Source: Verrucomicrobiia bacterium
GTDB lineage: Bacteria; Verrucomicrobiota; Verrucomicrobiia; Palsa-1439
Assembly (NCBI GenBank): GCA_035515475.1
Contig: DATJBF010000008.1
Location: 1,899-65,898, forward strand
Direction of reading: 5' to 3'
Length of the DNA: 64,000 bases
Under the pieces are notes generated by a model. That model did no database searches. It was given only the letters and a program-made list of their open reading frames with translations, and was not told the origin of the DNA. The translations under genes and the position numbers were made by a program. Below, piece by piece: positions 42,422 to 51,522 of the stretch (the stretch's first letter is position 1; each line of letters starts with the position of its first letter).

Positions 42422-44263
42422 ATGAACCTCTTGCTTGCGGCCGTGGCGGCTCTGGTGCTGGCGCTCGCGGGCTGTGGAATGCTGCGGTGTGTTTGGCCCG
42501 GGGTCTGCGAGCAGCCGCGTTATGCACGGCTCGCCCTTGGCTACTGCGTCGGCTGTGGCATCGTTACCGCAATCTTTTTCGTGACATATCTCGTTGGTTT
42601 TGCATTCTCGCGTGCCGTGATCGTGGTGCCGGTGCTTGGGCTGGCAGTATTCGGCGCGTTCGTCGGTTTGAGAAGCGGCGAGGACCACCTGTGGAAAGAC
42701 GCGGCTGCGAGTCCGGCATCTTCCGTGGCGTGGGGACTCCTGATCTTGCTGGCGTTCGTGCTCTCGTGGTCCCGGCCGATCTATGGGTACGACGCACTAT
42801 CGATGTGGGGGTTGAAGGCGAAGGTGGCGTTCTTCGCCCGGACGTGGCCGCCGGCGTTGTTCGACCCGCATACGACGCATCACCCGGGTTATCCCCCACT
42901 GATACCGAGCGCCCAGGCGTTCGTCTTCTTTGTTCTCGGTGAATTCGATGACGTGGCGTCGCGGGTGATCTTTGCGGCGTTTTATGCGGCCGGGGCGGGG
43001 ATTTTGTGGTGGTTGCTGGAGCGGCTGCGGGTGAGCGCGCGGGGGGTGTGGCTGTTGTGGTGGTGTGCGTTGCCGTTGATGATGGAACAGGTGAAGATCA
43101 CGTATGCCGATCTGCCGCTGGCGGTGTTGCTCATGGCTTTCTACGGGGCTGTCGTTCTGTGGCTCCGCGAGCCGCGGCGGTCGGACTGGCTCTGGCTGGC
43201 GTCCGTATTTGCCGGCATAGCATTCTGGGTAAAAGAGGATGCGTTGATCGGAGTGGGCAGTGGATGCATTGCGCTCGTGCTCGTCGCGTTCAAACGGAGA
43301 TTCCCGTCGGGACGAGCTTGGCGAATGATCCTCGTGTCGGCGTTGATTTCCGCGCCATGGGAGTTGCTGGTGTGGTGGAAGCGGCTGCCGAGCGACTTTG
43401 ACCTCCCGACATCGGACATCGGCTCCAGGTCATTGGTTATATTGCGGGGACTCTTGAACGCTGCGTTCCTGGATGGCGGCTACGCGTTCTTCTGGCCGGT
43501 ATTCGTTGTGGTGTTGGTTTTTTGTGGCCGGAGGCTCGCCCGGACAGAGAATCTCTGGCTGACGCTCTCAACCGTGTTTGGTGTCGGGGGGACGATGTTT
43601 GTGTATCTCGGGACGCGGCTGGATTTGGCAGCGCAGTTGAAGACGTCGGCCGATCGCGTGCTGCTCGGGGCATTCGTGCCGTCGCTGCTCTTAGTGGCGT
43701 TGTTGTGGCGGGCGAGTTTCCGTGAGTTGCGGTCACGGAGGTGGAACGTGGGTGTGGCGGTGGCGACGTTTGTTGTCGCCCTCGGGATGTTTTGGAGCGG
43801 CTTGCACCGGAAAAGTGACGAGCAGATCATGGGGTTTACGATCTCGCCGTTTCCGCTGGCCCTGTCGTGGGTGTGGCTGGTTACCGCGGGGATCAACTTG
43901 GTGAAGTTTGTGCCGAGGGTGCGTCGGCACCGGCCGACGTTGGTCTGGCGGGCCACACAGTTTGCGGTGGTGGTCGCAACGTTCGGGCTGGCGGCGGTGT
44001 CGGTGGGAGTTCGCGCACAGGAAGCCGGCGAATTGCGGCGCCAGTTTGGCGGCAAGACGTTGGCGCAGCAGCATGCGTTGACCGTCGATCCGCGCGTGCG
44101 CGAGCGACTCGAGTTGGCCATGCGGGAATGGCCTGCAGGAACCCACGTGCGGGTCAGGCCCAAGCGTTCGTTGCTTTACCACCAGTTCTACTACGAGTCA
44201 TTTCCCTCGCTGGTGGTGGATGATTCAGCCGAGCACGAGGTGAGCTTCAGTTCAAGCCCTTGA
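42422..44263 (+). CDS. Polytopic membrane protein, GT-C-like glycosyltransferase (family uncertain)
   Basis: ~13 predicted TM helices; first loop 'YGYDALSMWGLKAK...HPGYPPLIP' resembles the ArnT/PMT-type first-loop motif. Confidence 0.45.
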   Translation: MNLLLAAVAALVLALAGCGMLRCVWPGVCEQPRYARLALGYCVGCGIVTAIFFVTYLVGFAFSRAVIVVPVLGLAVFGAFVGLRSGEDHLWKDAAASPASSVAWGLLILLAFVLSWSRPIYGYDALSMWGLKAKVAFFARTWPPALFDPHTTHHPGYPPLIPSAQAFVFFVLGEFDDVASRVIFAAFYAAGAGILWWLLERLRVSARGVWLLWWCALPLMMEQVKITYADLPLAVLLMAFYGAVVLWLREPRRSDWLWLASVFAGIAFWVKEDALIGVGSGCIALVLVAFKRRFPSGRAWRMILVSALISAPWELLVWWKRLPSDFDLPTSDIGSRSLVILRGLLNAAFLDGGYAFFWPVFVVVLVFCGRRLARTENLWLTLSTVFGVGGTMFVYLGTRLDLAAQLKTSADRVLLGAFVPSLLLVALLWRASFRELRSRRWNVGVAVATFVVALGMFWSGLHRKSDEQIMGFTISPFPLALSWVWLVTAGINLVKFVPRVRRHRPTLVWRATQFAVVVATFGLAAVSVGVRAQEAGELRRQFGGKTLAQQHALTVDPRVRERLELAMREWPAGTHVRVRPKRSLLYHQFYYESFPSLVVDDSAEHEVSFSSSP

Positions 44264-44329
44264 CGGCCCGCAACCGCCGTGGAGTTTGAGGCTTGATTGT
44301 TGGCGAAGCTTTCTTAAGTATCTGCACGC

Positions 44330-45112
44330 ATGCAACCCGATCTGACTTCTTTGGCGGGCAAGTACGGCCTTGTTTTTGGCGTGGCCAATCGGCGCTCGAT
44401 CGCTTGGGCAATAGCCAAGACGTGGCAGGAGGCGGGCGCCAAATTGGCGTTTACGTACCAGGGCGAGCGGCTCAAGGAGAACGTTGAAGAACTCGCCGGC
44501 AATTACGGAGCGGATACGCCGATGTATCCCTGTGACGTCACCCGTGACGACGATATTGCGCGGGTCTTCCAGCAGGTCAGGAAGGATTTCGGGAAGTTGC
44601 ACATTCTGCTGCATTCGGTTGCTTTCGCTCCCAAGGAGGCGCTTGAAGGGGAGTTCATCAATACTTCGCGGGAAGCATTTCGGATCGCCCATGACGTGAG
44701 CGCCTATTCATTGGTTGCCTTGGCGCGGGCGGCGGTACCACTGATGACCGATGGCGGGTCGATCGTGGCGATGACGTATCATGGCTCGGTGAAGGTGATT
44801 CCGCACTACAACGTGATGGGGGTAGCGAAGGCGTCGCTGGAAGCTTCGGTGCGGTACCTCGCTTACGATTTGGGACCGAAGAAGATCCGTGTCAATGCGA
44901 TCAGCGCTGGTCCCGTGAACACGCTGGCGGCCCGCGGTATTTCTGGTTTCACCCAGATGCTCAAGTATTACGAGGAACGGTCTCCCTTGAAGCGGAACAT
45001 TGAGCCGCAGGAACTTGGGGCAGCTGGGCTGTACCTCGGTAGTGATATGTCGACAGGGACAACCGGGCAAATCCTGTACGTCGACAGTGGCTACGAAATC
45101 ATGGGGATGTAG
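44330..45112 (+). CDS. fabI: Enoyl-[acyl-carrier-protein] reductase (NADH)
   Basis: 'GKYGLVFGVANRRSIAWAIA', 'Y...K' active-site region 'MTYHGSVKVIPHYNVMGVAKASLE'. Confidence 0.9.
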   Translation: MQPDLTSLAGKYGLVFGVANRRSIAWAIAKTWQEAGAKLAFTYQGERLKENVEELAGNYGADTPMYPCDVTRDDDIARVFQQVRKDFGKLHILLHSVAFAPKEALEGEFINTSREAFRIAHDVSAYSLVALARAAVPLMTDGGSIVAMTYHGSVKVIPHYNVMGVAKASLEASVRYLAYDLGPKKIRVNAISAGPVNTLAARGISGFTQMLKYYEERSPLKRNIEPQELGAAGLYLGSDMSTGTTGQILYVDSGYEIMGM

Positions 45113-45185
45113 ATTGGTTTCAAACCACGTTTTTCGGTTTGCCTCGGAGCCTTGGTGCCGATTTTCTCCCGCCCGACGGTAAAGG

Positions 45186-45476
45186 TTGGCCAAATTGGTA
45201 GTTGGCGTTCTACAAATTGAACTGTCGATTCCGTCAGCGAACAGCCTGAAGGCTAAGAGGCAGGTTCTCCATAGTCTTAAAGACCGCATTCGTAGGCACT
45301 TCAACGTATCGGTGGCCGAGGTCGGCGAAAACGACTTATGGCGGAGCGCAGTACTAGCAGTAGTCGTGGCAAGCAACGATAAGCGGTTCGCTAACAGGAT
45401 TCTGTCGAAAGTGGTAGATTTCATCGGGGACTCGCATGATATCGTCGTGGACGACTATCAACTCGGTATAATCTGA
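45186..45476 (+). CDS. DUF503 family protein
   Basis: 96 aa, 'LQIELSIPSANSLKAKRQVLHSLKDRIRRHFNVSVAEVGENDLWRSAVLAVVVASND' pattern typical of DUF503. Confidence 0.5.
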   Translation: MAKLVVGVLQIELSIPSANSLKAKRQVLHSLKDRIRRHFNVSVAEVGENDLWRSAVLAVVVASNDKRFANRILSKVVDFIGDSHDIVVDDYQLGII

Positions 45477-45610
45477 CATGTTCAGCACGCAATTCCTGCC
45501 ATGTTAACCTTGATGGGTTACTAGGCCGTAGATAGCTTGACAAAGCTGGGTTGGAAGGCTATTAACATGTTCAATTGACACCGCCACGTTCGCGGTAGGC
45601 TGCATTTCGC

Positions 45611-45626
45611 TGGCTTGGAAGGTGCT
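45611..45626 (+). promoter_or_regulatory. Putative sigma54 (-24/-12) promoter upstream of the bEBP gene, within a 24-nt direct repeat pair (45545-45570 / 45611-45636)
   Basis: cTGGCttggaaggTGCtt: GG and GC separated by the canonical 10 nt; a second, degenerate copy gcTGGgttggaaggctatt lies 67 nt upstream. Confidence 0.35.
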
Positions 45627-45715
45627 TGACATGTCGGGAGCGCTGTCGAGGTGCAGTGTTAACATGGACGGGGCTGGCGATCGCATGGTTTACGCGTAGG
45701 AATGGCACGCTGGGC

Positions 45716-47107
45716 ATGCCAAGAGCGAAAATACTCGTAGTCGATCCGGACGTTTCATGGACCTTGAAGTTGTCCGAACTGTTGATTCAGGATGACTGCG
45801 AGGTGTTCTCCGCGAATTCCGTCCACGACACAATGCTTCTGCTCGATGCGCGGAGCATTGATATTGTGATCGCGGAGATCAATATGCCGGATCAGGACGG
45901 GGTGGCGTTCTTGGAGCAGATTCGCCAGGTTTTCCCAGAGATAATCGTCTTGGTACATACGGTGAGAACCTCCGTGGAGCAGGCAGTGCGGGCGACGAAG
46001 TTGGGGGCCTTCGATTACGTACAGAAATCTGACGATCCCGCCATGCTGGCAACGCTTCGCCAGAGGATCGGTCAGGCTGCGCAAGAATTGGGTATGATGG
46101 TGCGCACGGGCGGGACCGATCCACGCAACCGTGGTTTGCTGGCCGTACCGGCTCACGGTTTTTACGGAATCATCAGCCAAAACTCACAGATGCGCGACAT
46201 CTTTGAATTAATCCAGACCATTGCGGACAGCTATGCCAACGTGCTCATCCACGGCGAAACGGGAACAGGCAAGGAGCTGGTCGCCCGCGCCATCCACGAG
46301 GCGAGCGGGCGACACGGAAAGGCGTTTGTGACGCTGGATTGTACGGCGTTGGCCCGTGAGCTTTTGGAGAGCGAGTTGTTCGGTCACGAGAAAGGAGCTT
46401 TTACGGGGGCCGTCGAGCGCCACGTGGGCCGGTTCGAACGGGCCAACACCGGTACGCTATTTCTGGACGAGGTCGCGACCATCCCGTTGAATGTGCAGGC
46501 CAAGTTGCTCCGCGTGCTGCAAACGCGGACCTTCGAGCGGGTGGGCGGGTCGAAGCCAATTTCCGTGGATGTGCGGATTATCGCGGCGACAAACCGTCCA
46601 CTTGAGCAAGGCGTTGCCGAGGGAACCTTTCGCGAGGACTTGTACCACCGGCTCAACGTTGTGCAGATCGAGTTGCCGCCGTTGCGCGACCGGACGGAGG
46701 ACGTCCCGCTCTTGGCGATGGAGTTTTTGCGGCGTTTCGCGCGGCAAAACGGGAAGGAACTGCGCGGCTTTACGGATGCGGGCATTGACGTGCTTTGTCG
46801 TTACAATTGGCCCGGCAACGTCCGTGAGTTGGAGAACGTGGTTCTGCAAGCCGTTGTGCTTGCGAAATCGTCTCTCATCGACGCCAGCGACCTGCCCAAA
46901 CGAATCACCGAGTCCAAGCCGGTATTGGGCGCGGCATCTCCTGCCTTGGCCGACCAGCTCGGCGAACCCGAAAAACAAATCCTCATCAACGCTTTGCGTC
47001 AGCACGCTGGCAACATCAAACGGACCGCTGAAATCCTGCAAATCAGCCGGACCACGCTCTATGCGAAGCTGAAGAAGTACCAGATCAATCCCGACCTCAT
47101 TCGGTAG
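45716..47107 (+). CDS. Sigma54-dependent transcriptional activator (NtrC family bEBP) with atypical receiver (Glu at phospho-acceptor position)
   Basis: Receiver 'ILVVDPD...IDIVIAEINMPDQDG'; AAA+ 'IHGETGTGKELVARAIH', 'GAFTGA', 'ESELFGHEKGAFTGA' GAFTGA motif; C-terminal HTH 'RTAEILQISRTTLYAKLKKY'. Confidence 0.85.
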   Translation: MPRAKILVVDPDVSWTLKLSELLIQDDCEVFSANSVHDTMLLLDARSIDIVIAEINMPDQDGVAFLEQIRQVFPEIIVLVHTVRTSVEQAVRATKLGAFDYVQKSDDPAMLATLRQRIGQAAQELGMMVRTGGTDPRNRGLLAVPAHGFYGIISQNSQMRDIFELIQTIADSYANVLIHGETGTGKELVARAIHEASGRHGKAFVTLDCTALARELLESELFGHEKGAFTGAVERHVGRFERANTGTLFLDEVATIPLNVQAKLLRVLQTRTFERVGGSKPISVDVRIIAATNRPLEQGVAEGTFREDLYHRLNVVQIELPPLRDRTEDVPLLAMEFLRRFARQNGKELRGFTDAGIDVLCRYNWPGNVRELENVVLQAVVLAKSSLIDASDLPKRITESKPVLGAASPALADQLGEPEKQILINALRQHAGNIKRTAEILQISRTTLYAKLKKYQINPDLIR

Positions 47108-47138
47108 GGGGTAGACTGGGCAGAGCCGCCCCGCGCGA

Positions 47139-48380
47139 TTAAGTATCGACTCCTGCCGGTTGGCGGACGGTCAGTCTGGCGAAGTGGAGATAGAGCAGGC
47201 CGAGAACGAACACAGGAGCATTGTTGGCTGCTACAGACAACCAACGGGACACAGTGATTACTGGTTCGGTGTCCGCGGTATTGAAAGCCAACAGGCTTAC
47301 GACAACCAGCACTACGAGCCAGACGCGTTGGAGTCCGCGTGCGGGCGCGATCTCCGCAGAAACACGGAGCAGCGGATAAATCATAAACACAAAATAGTGT
47401 GCCCAGGCAATGGGGGAAGCCACCAAAGACGCTACCAACAGCAAACAAAAGGCTGAGTCTTGGTTGACTGCAGTTTTCGGCCGCGACGCGCGGCTGCAAC
47501 ACCACCACGCGAATCCGCCGACGGCGACTGCGGAGGTCATCTCCGCAACCAAGGCAAAGCCGGGGACCGGCAACATGCCTTCGCTCAGGCGGCCAATGAG
47601 GAACGGTACCGTATAATTGGAGCGAACACGCTCCGCGAATGTTTGCAGGAGAGGAAGCGCGTGGTTGAAGAAAGAAATCCAGGCAGATGCCGTGGCGACC
47701 GTGGCAAAGCCGAGCACGGCAGCGAAAGCCAGAGCGGAAAGTCTCAACCGCTCTCGCCCCCGTTCAGCGAGTGCCGGCAACGGTACGAACACGAGGGGAA
47801 ACAATTTCGCTGTGCCTGCCAGGGCAAACGCCACGATGGCCCAACCATTCCAACCGCGTCGCCATAACCAGTAGCCGAGCATGACCACGGCCAGCAACGG
47901 AAGCTGCACTTGGGACAACCACAAGTGGTAGAGCACGGGGTACGAGAATAACGTCAACCCCAGAGCGAGCGTCCAGGCCCCGGCAGAAAGTCGGCCGCGG
48001 ATGACGTGCCAGGCGATTCCGAAGATGACAACCAGGCTGGCGACCTCGATGGTGACGTAGCACCAAAACGCAGTTGCGATTGGCACGGCAGCCAACGGGC
48101 GAAGCAACCACATGAGGAACGGAGGGTTCGTTTCCCGTTCCATCAAGTCCGTTGTGGGAAAACCAATGTGCCGGGCGTACTCGTGCAGCGGCACTGCGTA
48201 CACATCGGTCCCGCGTCTCAGCAGCCCGGCTGATAGATAGAAGTGTGCGAAGTCCGGCTTGAACATCCTTTCTGGCAGGAACGTGGCGCAGGAGTGGATC
48301 GCCGTTACGGCAAGTCCCACACCCAGCCCGGCCATGAGCGCGCCCCGCAGTCGCTTGAGATTGTATCGGCTGCCGTTCAT
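47139..48380 (-). CDS. DUF2029/GT87-like polyprenol-phosphate-mannose-dependent glycosyltransferase-like membrane protein (ORF to 48626; Met start ~48380)
   Basis: ~10 TM helices; promoter-distal (3') gene of the minus-strand paralog operon, with stop/start overlaps. Confidence 0.45.
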   Translation of the reverse strand: MNGSRYNLKRLRGALMAGLGVGLAVTAIHSCATFLPERMFKPDFAHFYLSAGLLRRGTDVYAVPLHEYARHIGFPTTDLMERETNPPFLMWLLRPLAAVPIATAFWCYVTIEVASLVVIFGIAWHVIRGRLSAGAWTLALGLTLFSYPVLYHLWLSQVQLPLLAVVMLGYWLWRRGWNGWAIVAFALAGTAKLFPLVFVPLPALAERGRERLRLSALAFAAVLGFATVATASAWISFFNHALPLLQTFAERVRSNYTVPFLIGRLSEGMLPVPGFALVAEMTSAVAVGGFAWWCCSRASRPKTAVNQDSAFCLLLVASLVASPIAWAHYFVFMIYPLLRVSAEIAPARGLQRVWLVVLVVVSLLAFNTADTEPVITVSRWLSVAANNAPVFVLGLLYLHFARLTVRQPAGVDT

Positions 48381-49948
48381 GGGCCTCCGTGCGCGATCTC
48401 CTGTCGGGTGTAGACAGCCGCAACGCGGTCCGCGTACGCGAGTCGCCAGTCTGCCCGCAGACCAAGCAGAGTATTCAGCGCGTGGTCGCGCGGCAGAATC
48501 GTCCAACCGATGTGATGGACCCGAAAGACACCCTCCCACTGCGGTTCGGCCTTGTCGACAGTCCGGAAATCCTTGATCAGATTTCCGCCGTAAAAGTCTG
48601 TCCGCCCGTCCATGAACACCCGCCACTCCGGCGCGGCCAGCACCAGGTAGCCACCCCAGCGGCGGTCGTTAAACATCTCTCCCCGTATTGCATCGGGATG
48701 GGCATGGAGAAACTCGACGGCGGCCACTGGAAAACAGTTTGGCAAAATCCCGGCGGTCACAATCGGCGAGCCGCCGAACCATTGAGGTCTTGCTGCTGAG
48801 GCAACAAGCATTGCCACGCAACCGACCGCCAACGCACGTCCATCGGCAATCGCATCCCACTGGCCGACTGCTTCGGATAGCCGCCGACCCAGGCGCGGGA
48901 AAACTCCCTCGGGCGCGGTGTGGATTGAGGCCGTCCAATGTTCGGCCAAGATCGGGGTCAGAACCAGGGCGAGGATGGACGCGTGGCGGACCGAGTAGAG
49001 CGAGGCGCAACCCCAAATGCTCGTCACGACCACATCGCTGGGTCTCAGCCGTGGCCGAGCGATGATCAGCAGTAGTCCGAACACCAGGGCTTGGGCGAGA
49101 AATCCACGCATCCAGAATCCATGGAAGTCGGGCGAGCGGAATTCACTGCTCAGCGCGACGACCTCATGGTGGCGCAGAATGCTGAGAATGTACGCATGAA
49201 GTTTCCAACCGTTGGGGTTGAGGAATGTGGCCAACAAACACGCGCCACCGAGCAGAGTTAGCGCCCGCATCTTGGAGTATTCTTGGATACGGTCCGCGTC
49301 ACGCCCTCGGAGTGCGGCGACGGCGCTGCCGATCCAGAACGCGGCGATCAGGACGAGTCCTCCGAAAAATCCGCCGTGTAGATTTGCCCACACCGCCGAC
49401 AATGGCGGCAGGACCATGAACAGGCGTTTCGCCGACACGCGTCCACAATCAAACGCCCGGAGCTGCCAGAGGAAGATCACGATGAGCACGAGCGTCCAAA
49501 GGTGCGGTCGCGCCAGCCAATGCAGCGAGGTGCCCCACGCTGCCAGGAGCACCAGTACGAGGGAGAGCAACGCGTTGTTCCCTTCGGCCAGGAGCAGCTG
49601 GTATAGCAACCACAGACTTGTTGTGATCAGGGCCGCGGCCAGGAGCACAATCCCATTCCAGCCCAACGCGTTTCCGGCGGCGGCATACAGCACTTGGCTC
49701 AACCATTCCATGGCGATCACGGGTGCGCCCCATCGCGTATGCGAGAACGGATCGCTCCGGATGATCGCGCGATGTCGGATCATCCAGTCCCCCATGCGCC
49801 AATGAAGGCATGAGTCGCCATCGACGTTGATGAGCGCGTAACGCCACTGGCTGAGGTTCAGCGTCAAGAAGATCGTCAGCCACAATACGACGCCCACGCC
49901 TGGCAACCACCAGCGGCGTTGGCGGCGGTTTTCCCCGCGCGTGATCAT
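48377..49948 (-). CDS. GT-C-like polytopic membrane protein, tandem paralog A (ArnT/PMT_2-like first-loop motif, C-terminal periplasmic domain)
   Basis: 'DGDSCLHWRMGDWMIRHRAIIRSDPFSHTRWGAPVIAMEWL', 'NLHGGFF', 'FLNPNGWKL', C-terminal 'MFNDRRWGGYLV...VFMDGRTDFYG'. Confidence 0.55.
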   Translation of the reverse strand: MITRGENRRQRRWWLPGVGVVLWLTIFLTLNLSQWRYALINVDGDSCLHWRMGDWMIRHRAIIRSDPFSHTRWGAPVIAMEWLSQVLYAAAGNALGWNGIVLLAAALITTSLWLLYQLLLAEGNNALLSLVLVLLAAWGTSLHWLARPHLWTLVLIVIFLWQLRAFDCGRVSAKRLFMVLPPLSAVWANLHGGFFGGLVLIAAFWIGSAVAALRGRDADRIQEYSKMRALTLLGGACLLATFLNPNGWKLHAYILSILRHHEVVALSSEFRSPDFHGFWMRGFLAQALVFGLLLIIARPRLRPSDVVVTSIWGCASLYSVRHASILALVLTPILAEHWTASIHTAPEGVFPRLGRRLSEAVGQWDAIADGRALAVGCVAMLVASAARPQWFGGSPIVTAGILPNCFPVAAVEFLHAHPDAIRGEMFNDRRWGGYLVLAAPEWRVFMDGRTDFYGGNLIKDFRTVDKAEPQWEGVFRVHHIGWTILPRDHALNTLLGLRADWRLAYADRVAAVYTRQEIAHGGP

Positions 49949-51522
49949 GGCTTGCGGAGATCGCGTGCGTAGACGATGGCCACTTTATCGGCGTAAACAC
50001 GGTGCCAATCGTCTCGCAACGCGAGCAGGTTGTTCAATGCATGCCCACGCGGCAAAATGGTCCAGCCAACGCGGTACTTCTCCAGCACGGTTTCCCAGTC
50101 GCGATGAACTTGGTTTACCGCGTCGAATTCCCGGATGAGATCCGCCCCGTAGAAGTCGTTGCGTCCGTCAACGAAAACCTTATGTTCGGGCATGGCCAAA
50201 ATGAAATACCCGCCCCAGCCATAGTCATTAAACATCTCACCGTTCACGGCCCGGGGATGCGCGGCGATAAAGCCGGTCGCTGCGACGGGGAAGCGATTGG
50301 AGAGGATGTTGGTAGCTATGAGCGGATCGCCCCCGACGAGTCGGGGCTTGGCCATGACTGCGAGTAGTGCGACCAGGACAACTGCGGTTATTACACGCCC
50401 ATCGGCGGTCCGGTTGATCTGAGTAAGGTTTGCGGACAGCCGGCAATACCGGTCAAGCGCAGGACTTGGGTTTCGGCTCCGCAGTGCAGTCTGCCAGTGC
50501 GCGGCGAGGATGGGCGTCACCATGAGGGCGAAGATGGGGACGTTGCGGGCCGCTAGCAACGCCAGCAACCCCCAAGTGGCGACGATCGCCATGTCCGTCA
50601 CACCAAGTTTTGGTCGCATAATGAGGAGCGTCAGCGCCACCAACGTCAATTCAGCGACAAAGCCGTGTGCGCCGCTCGCATGGAAGTTCGGCGAACGAAA
50701 CTCGTTCGCATACCGGCTGACGAAAGGATCGCGGAGGAACTCCAACACGTGGGCCGGCAGTTTCCAACCGTTCGGGTTGAGGAGCGTGGCCAACATGCAA
50801 GCGAGCCCAAGTGCGGCCAGTACCACCAATCTCCTTCGCGCGGCGAACCGTGCTGTTGGCTCGGCAACAAGAACCGTCACACCGTCTCCCACCAAGAACG
50901 TTCCGGTGACGACGAGGCCCGTGAAGAAGGCGCCGTGCAAGTTCACCCAGAGGATCATGAGAGGCACGAGACTCAAGAACAGCGTTTGCGCGCGCAGGCG
51001 CCCAAGATTGAACCACCGCAGTTGCCAGGCGAACAGGACTGCGAACAAGTGTGTAAACAGGTGGGGACGCGCCAGCCAATGCACCGAGCAAGACCAAGCC
51101 GCCACGAGTATCAGCGCGGTAGAGAGCAAGGGTTCGTTTCCCTCAGCCAGGAGCTGGCGGTGCAGCACGCATAAGCAGGTCGCGATCAACACGGCCGATA
51201 GCAGGACAATGCCATTCCAACCGAACGCGTCCCCCAGGGTGGCGAATGCCACCTCCGCCAGCCACTCCTTGGAAATCAGGGGGGCTCCGTCACGCGTGTG
51301 AGAGAACGCGTCGACTCGAATCACGGCGCGGTGTTGAATCATCCACTGGCCGATCCGCCAGTGCAGGCAGGGGTCGCCGTCGGCGTTGATGAGCACCAGC
51401 CGCCATTGGGTCAGGATCAATCCAAGAAAAAACGCCAGCCAGATGAACTGACTGAACGATGGGAGCCACCAATGCCGCGGCTCGATGACAGTGGGCACGG
51501 AAGCGGACCCGGGGGTGCTCAT
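49945..51522 (-). CDS. GT-C-like polytopic membrane protein, tandem paralog B
   Basis: 'DGDPCLHWRIGQWMIQHRAVIRVDAFSHTRDGAPLISKEWL', 'NLHGAFF', 'LLNPNGWKL', 'MFNDYGWGGYFI...VFVDGRNDFYG'; ATGA overlaps with both neighbours. Confidence 0.55.
   Translation of the reverse strand: MSTPGSASVPTVIEPRHWWLPSFSQFIWLAFFLGLILTQWRLVLINADGDPCLHWRIGQWMIQHRAVIRVDAFSHTRDGAPLISKEWLAEVAFATLGDAFGWNGIVLLSAVLIATCLCVLHRQLLAEGNEPLLSTALILVAAWSCSVHWLARPHLFTHLFAVLFAWQLRWFNLGRLRAQTLFLSLVPLMILWVNLHGAFFTGLVVTGTFLVGDGVTVLVAEPTARFAARRRLVVLAALGLACMLATLLNPNGWKLPAHVLEFLRDPFVSRYANEFRSPNFHASGAHGFVAELTLVALTLLIMRPKLGVTDMAIVATWGLLALLAARNVPIFALMVTPILAAHWQTALRSRNPSPALDRYCRLSANLTQINRTADGRVITAVVLVALLAVMAKPRLVGGDPLIATNILSNRFPVAATGFIAAHPRAVNGEMFNDYGWGGYFILAMPEHKVFVDGRNDFYGADLIREFDAVNQVHRDWETVLEKYRVGWTILPRGHALNNLLALRDDWHRVYADKVAIVYARDLRKP

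Noticed and set aside
43006-43401. Nested ORFs inside the GT-C membrane protein gene 42422-44263
   Set aside because: Alternative-frame ORFs within a well-formed polytopic membrane protein gene. No independent support.
45113-45145. Possible intrinsic terminator after fabI (tggtttcaaacca + TTTTT)
   Set aside because: The stem is only 5-6 bp with a very small loop and is AT-rich. Too weak to call confidently.
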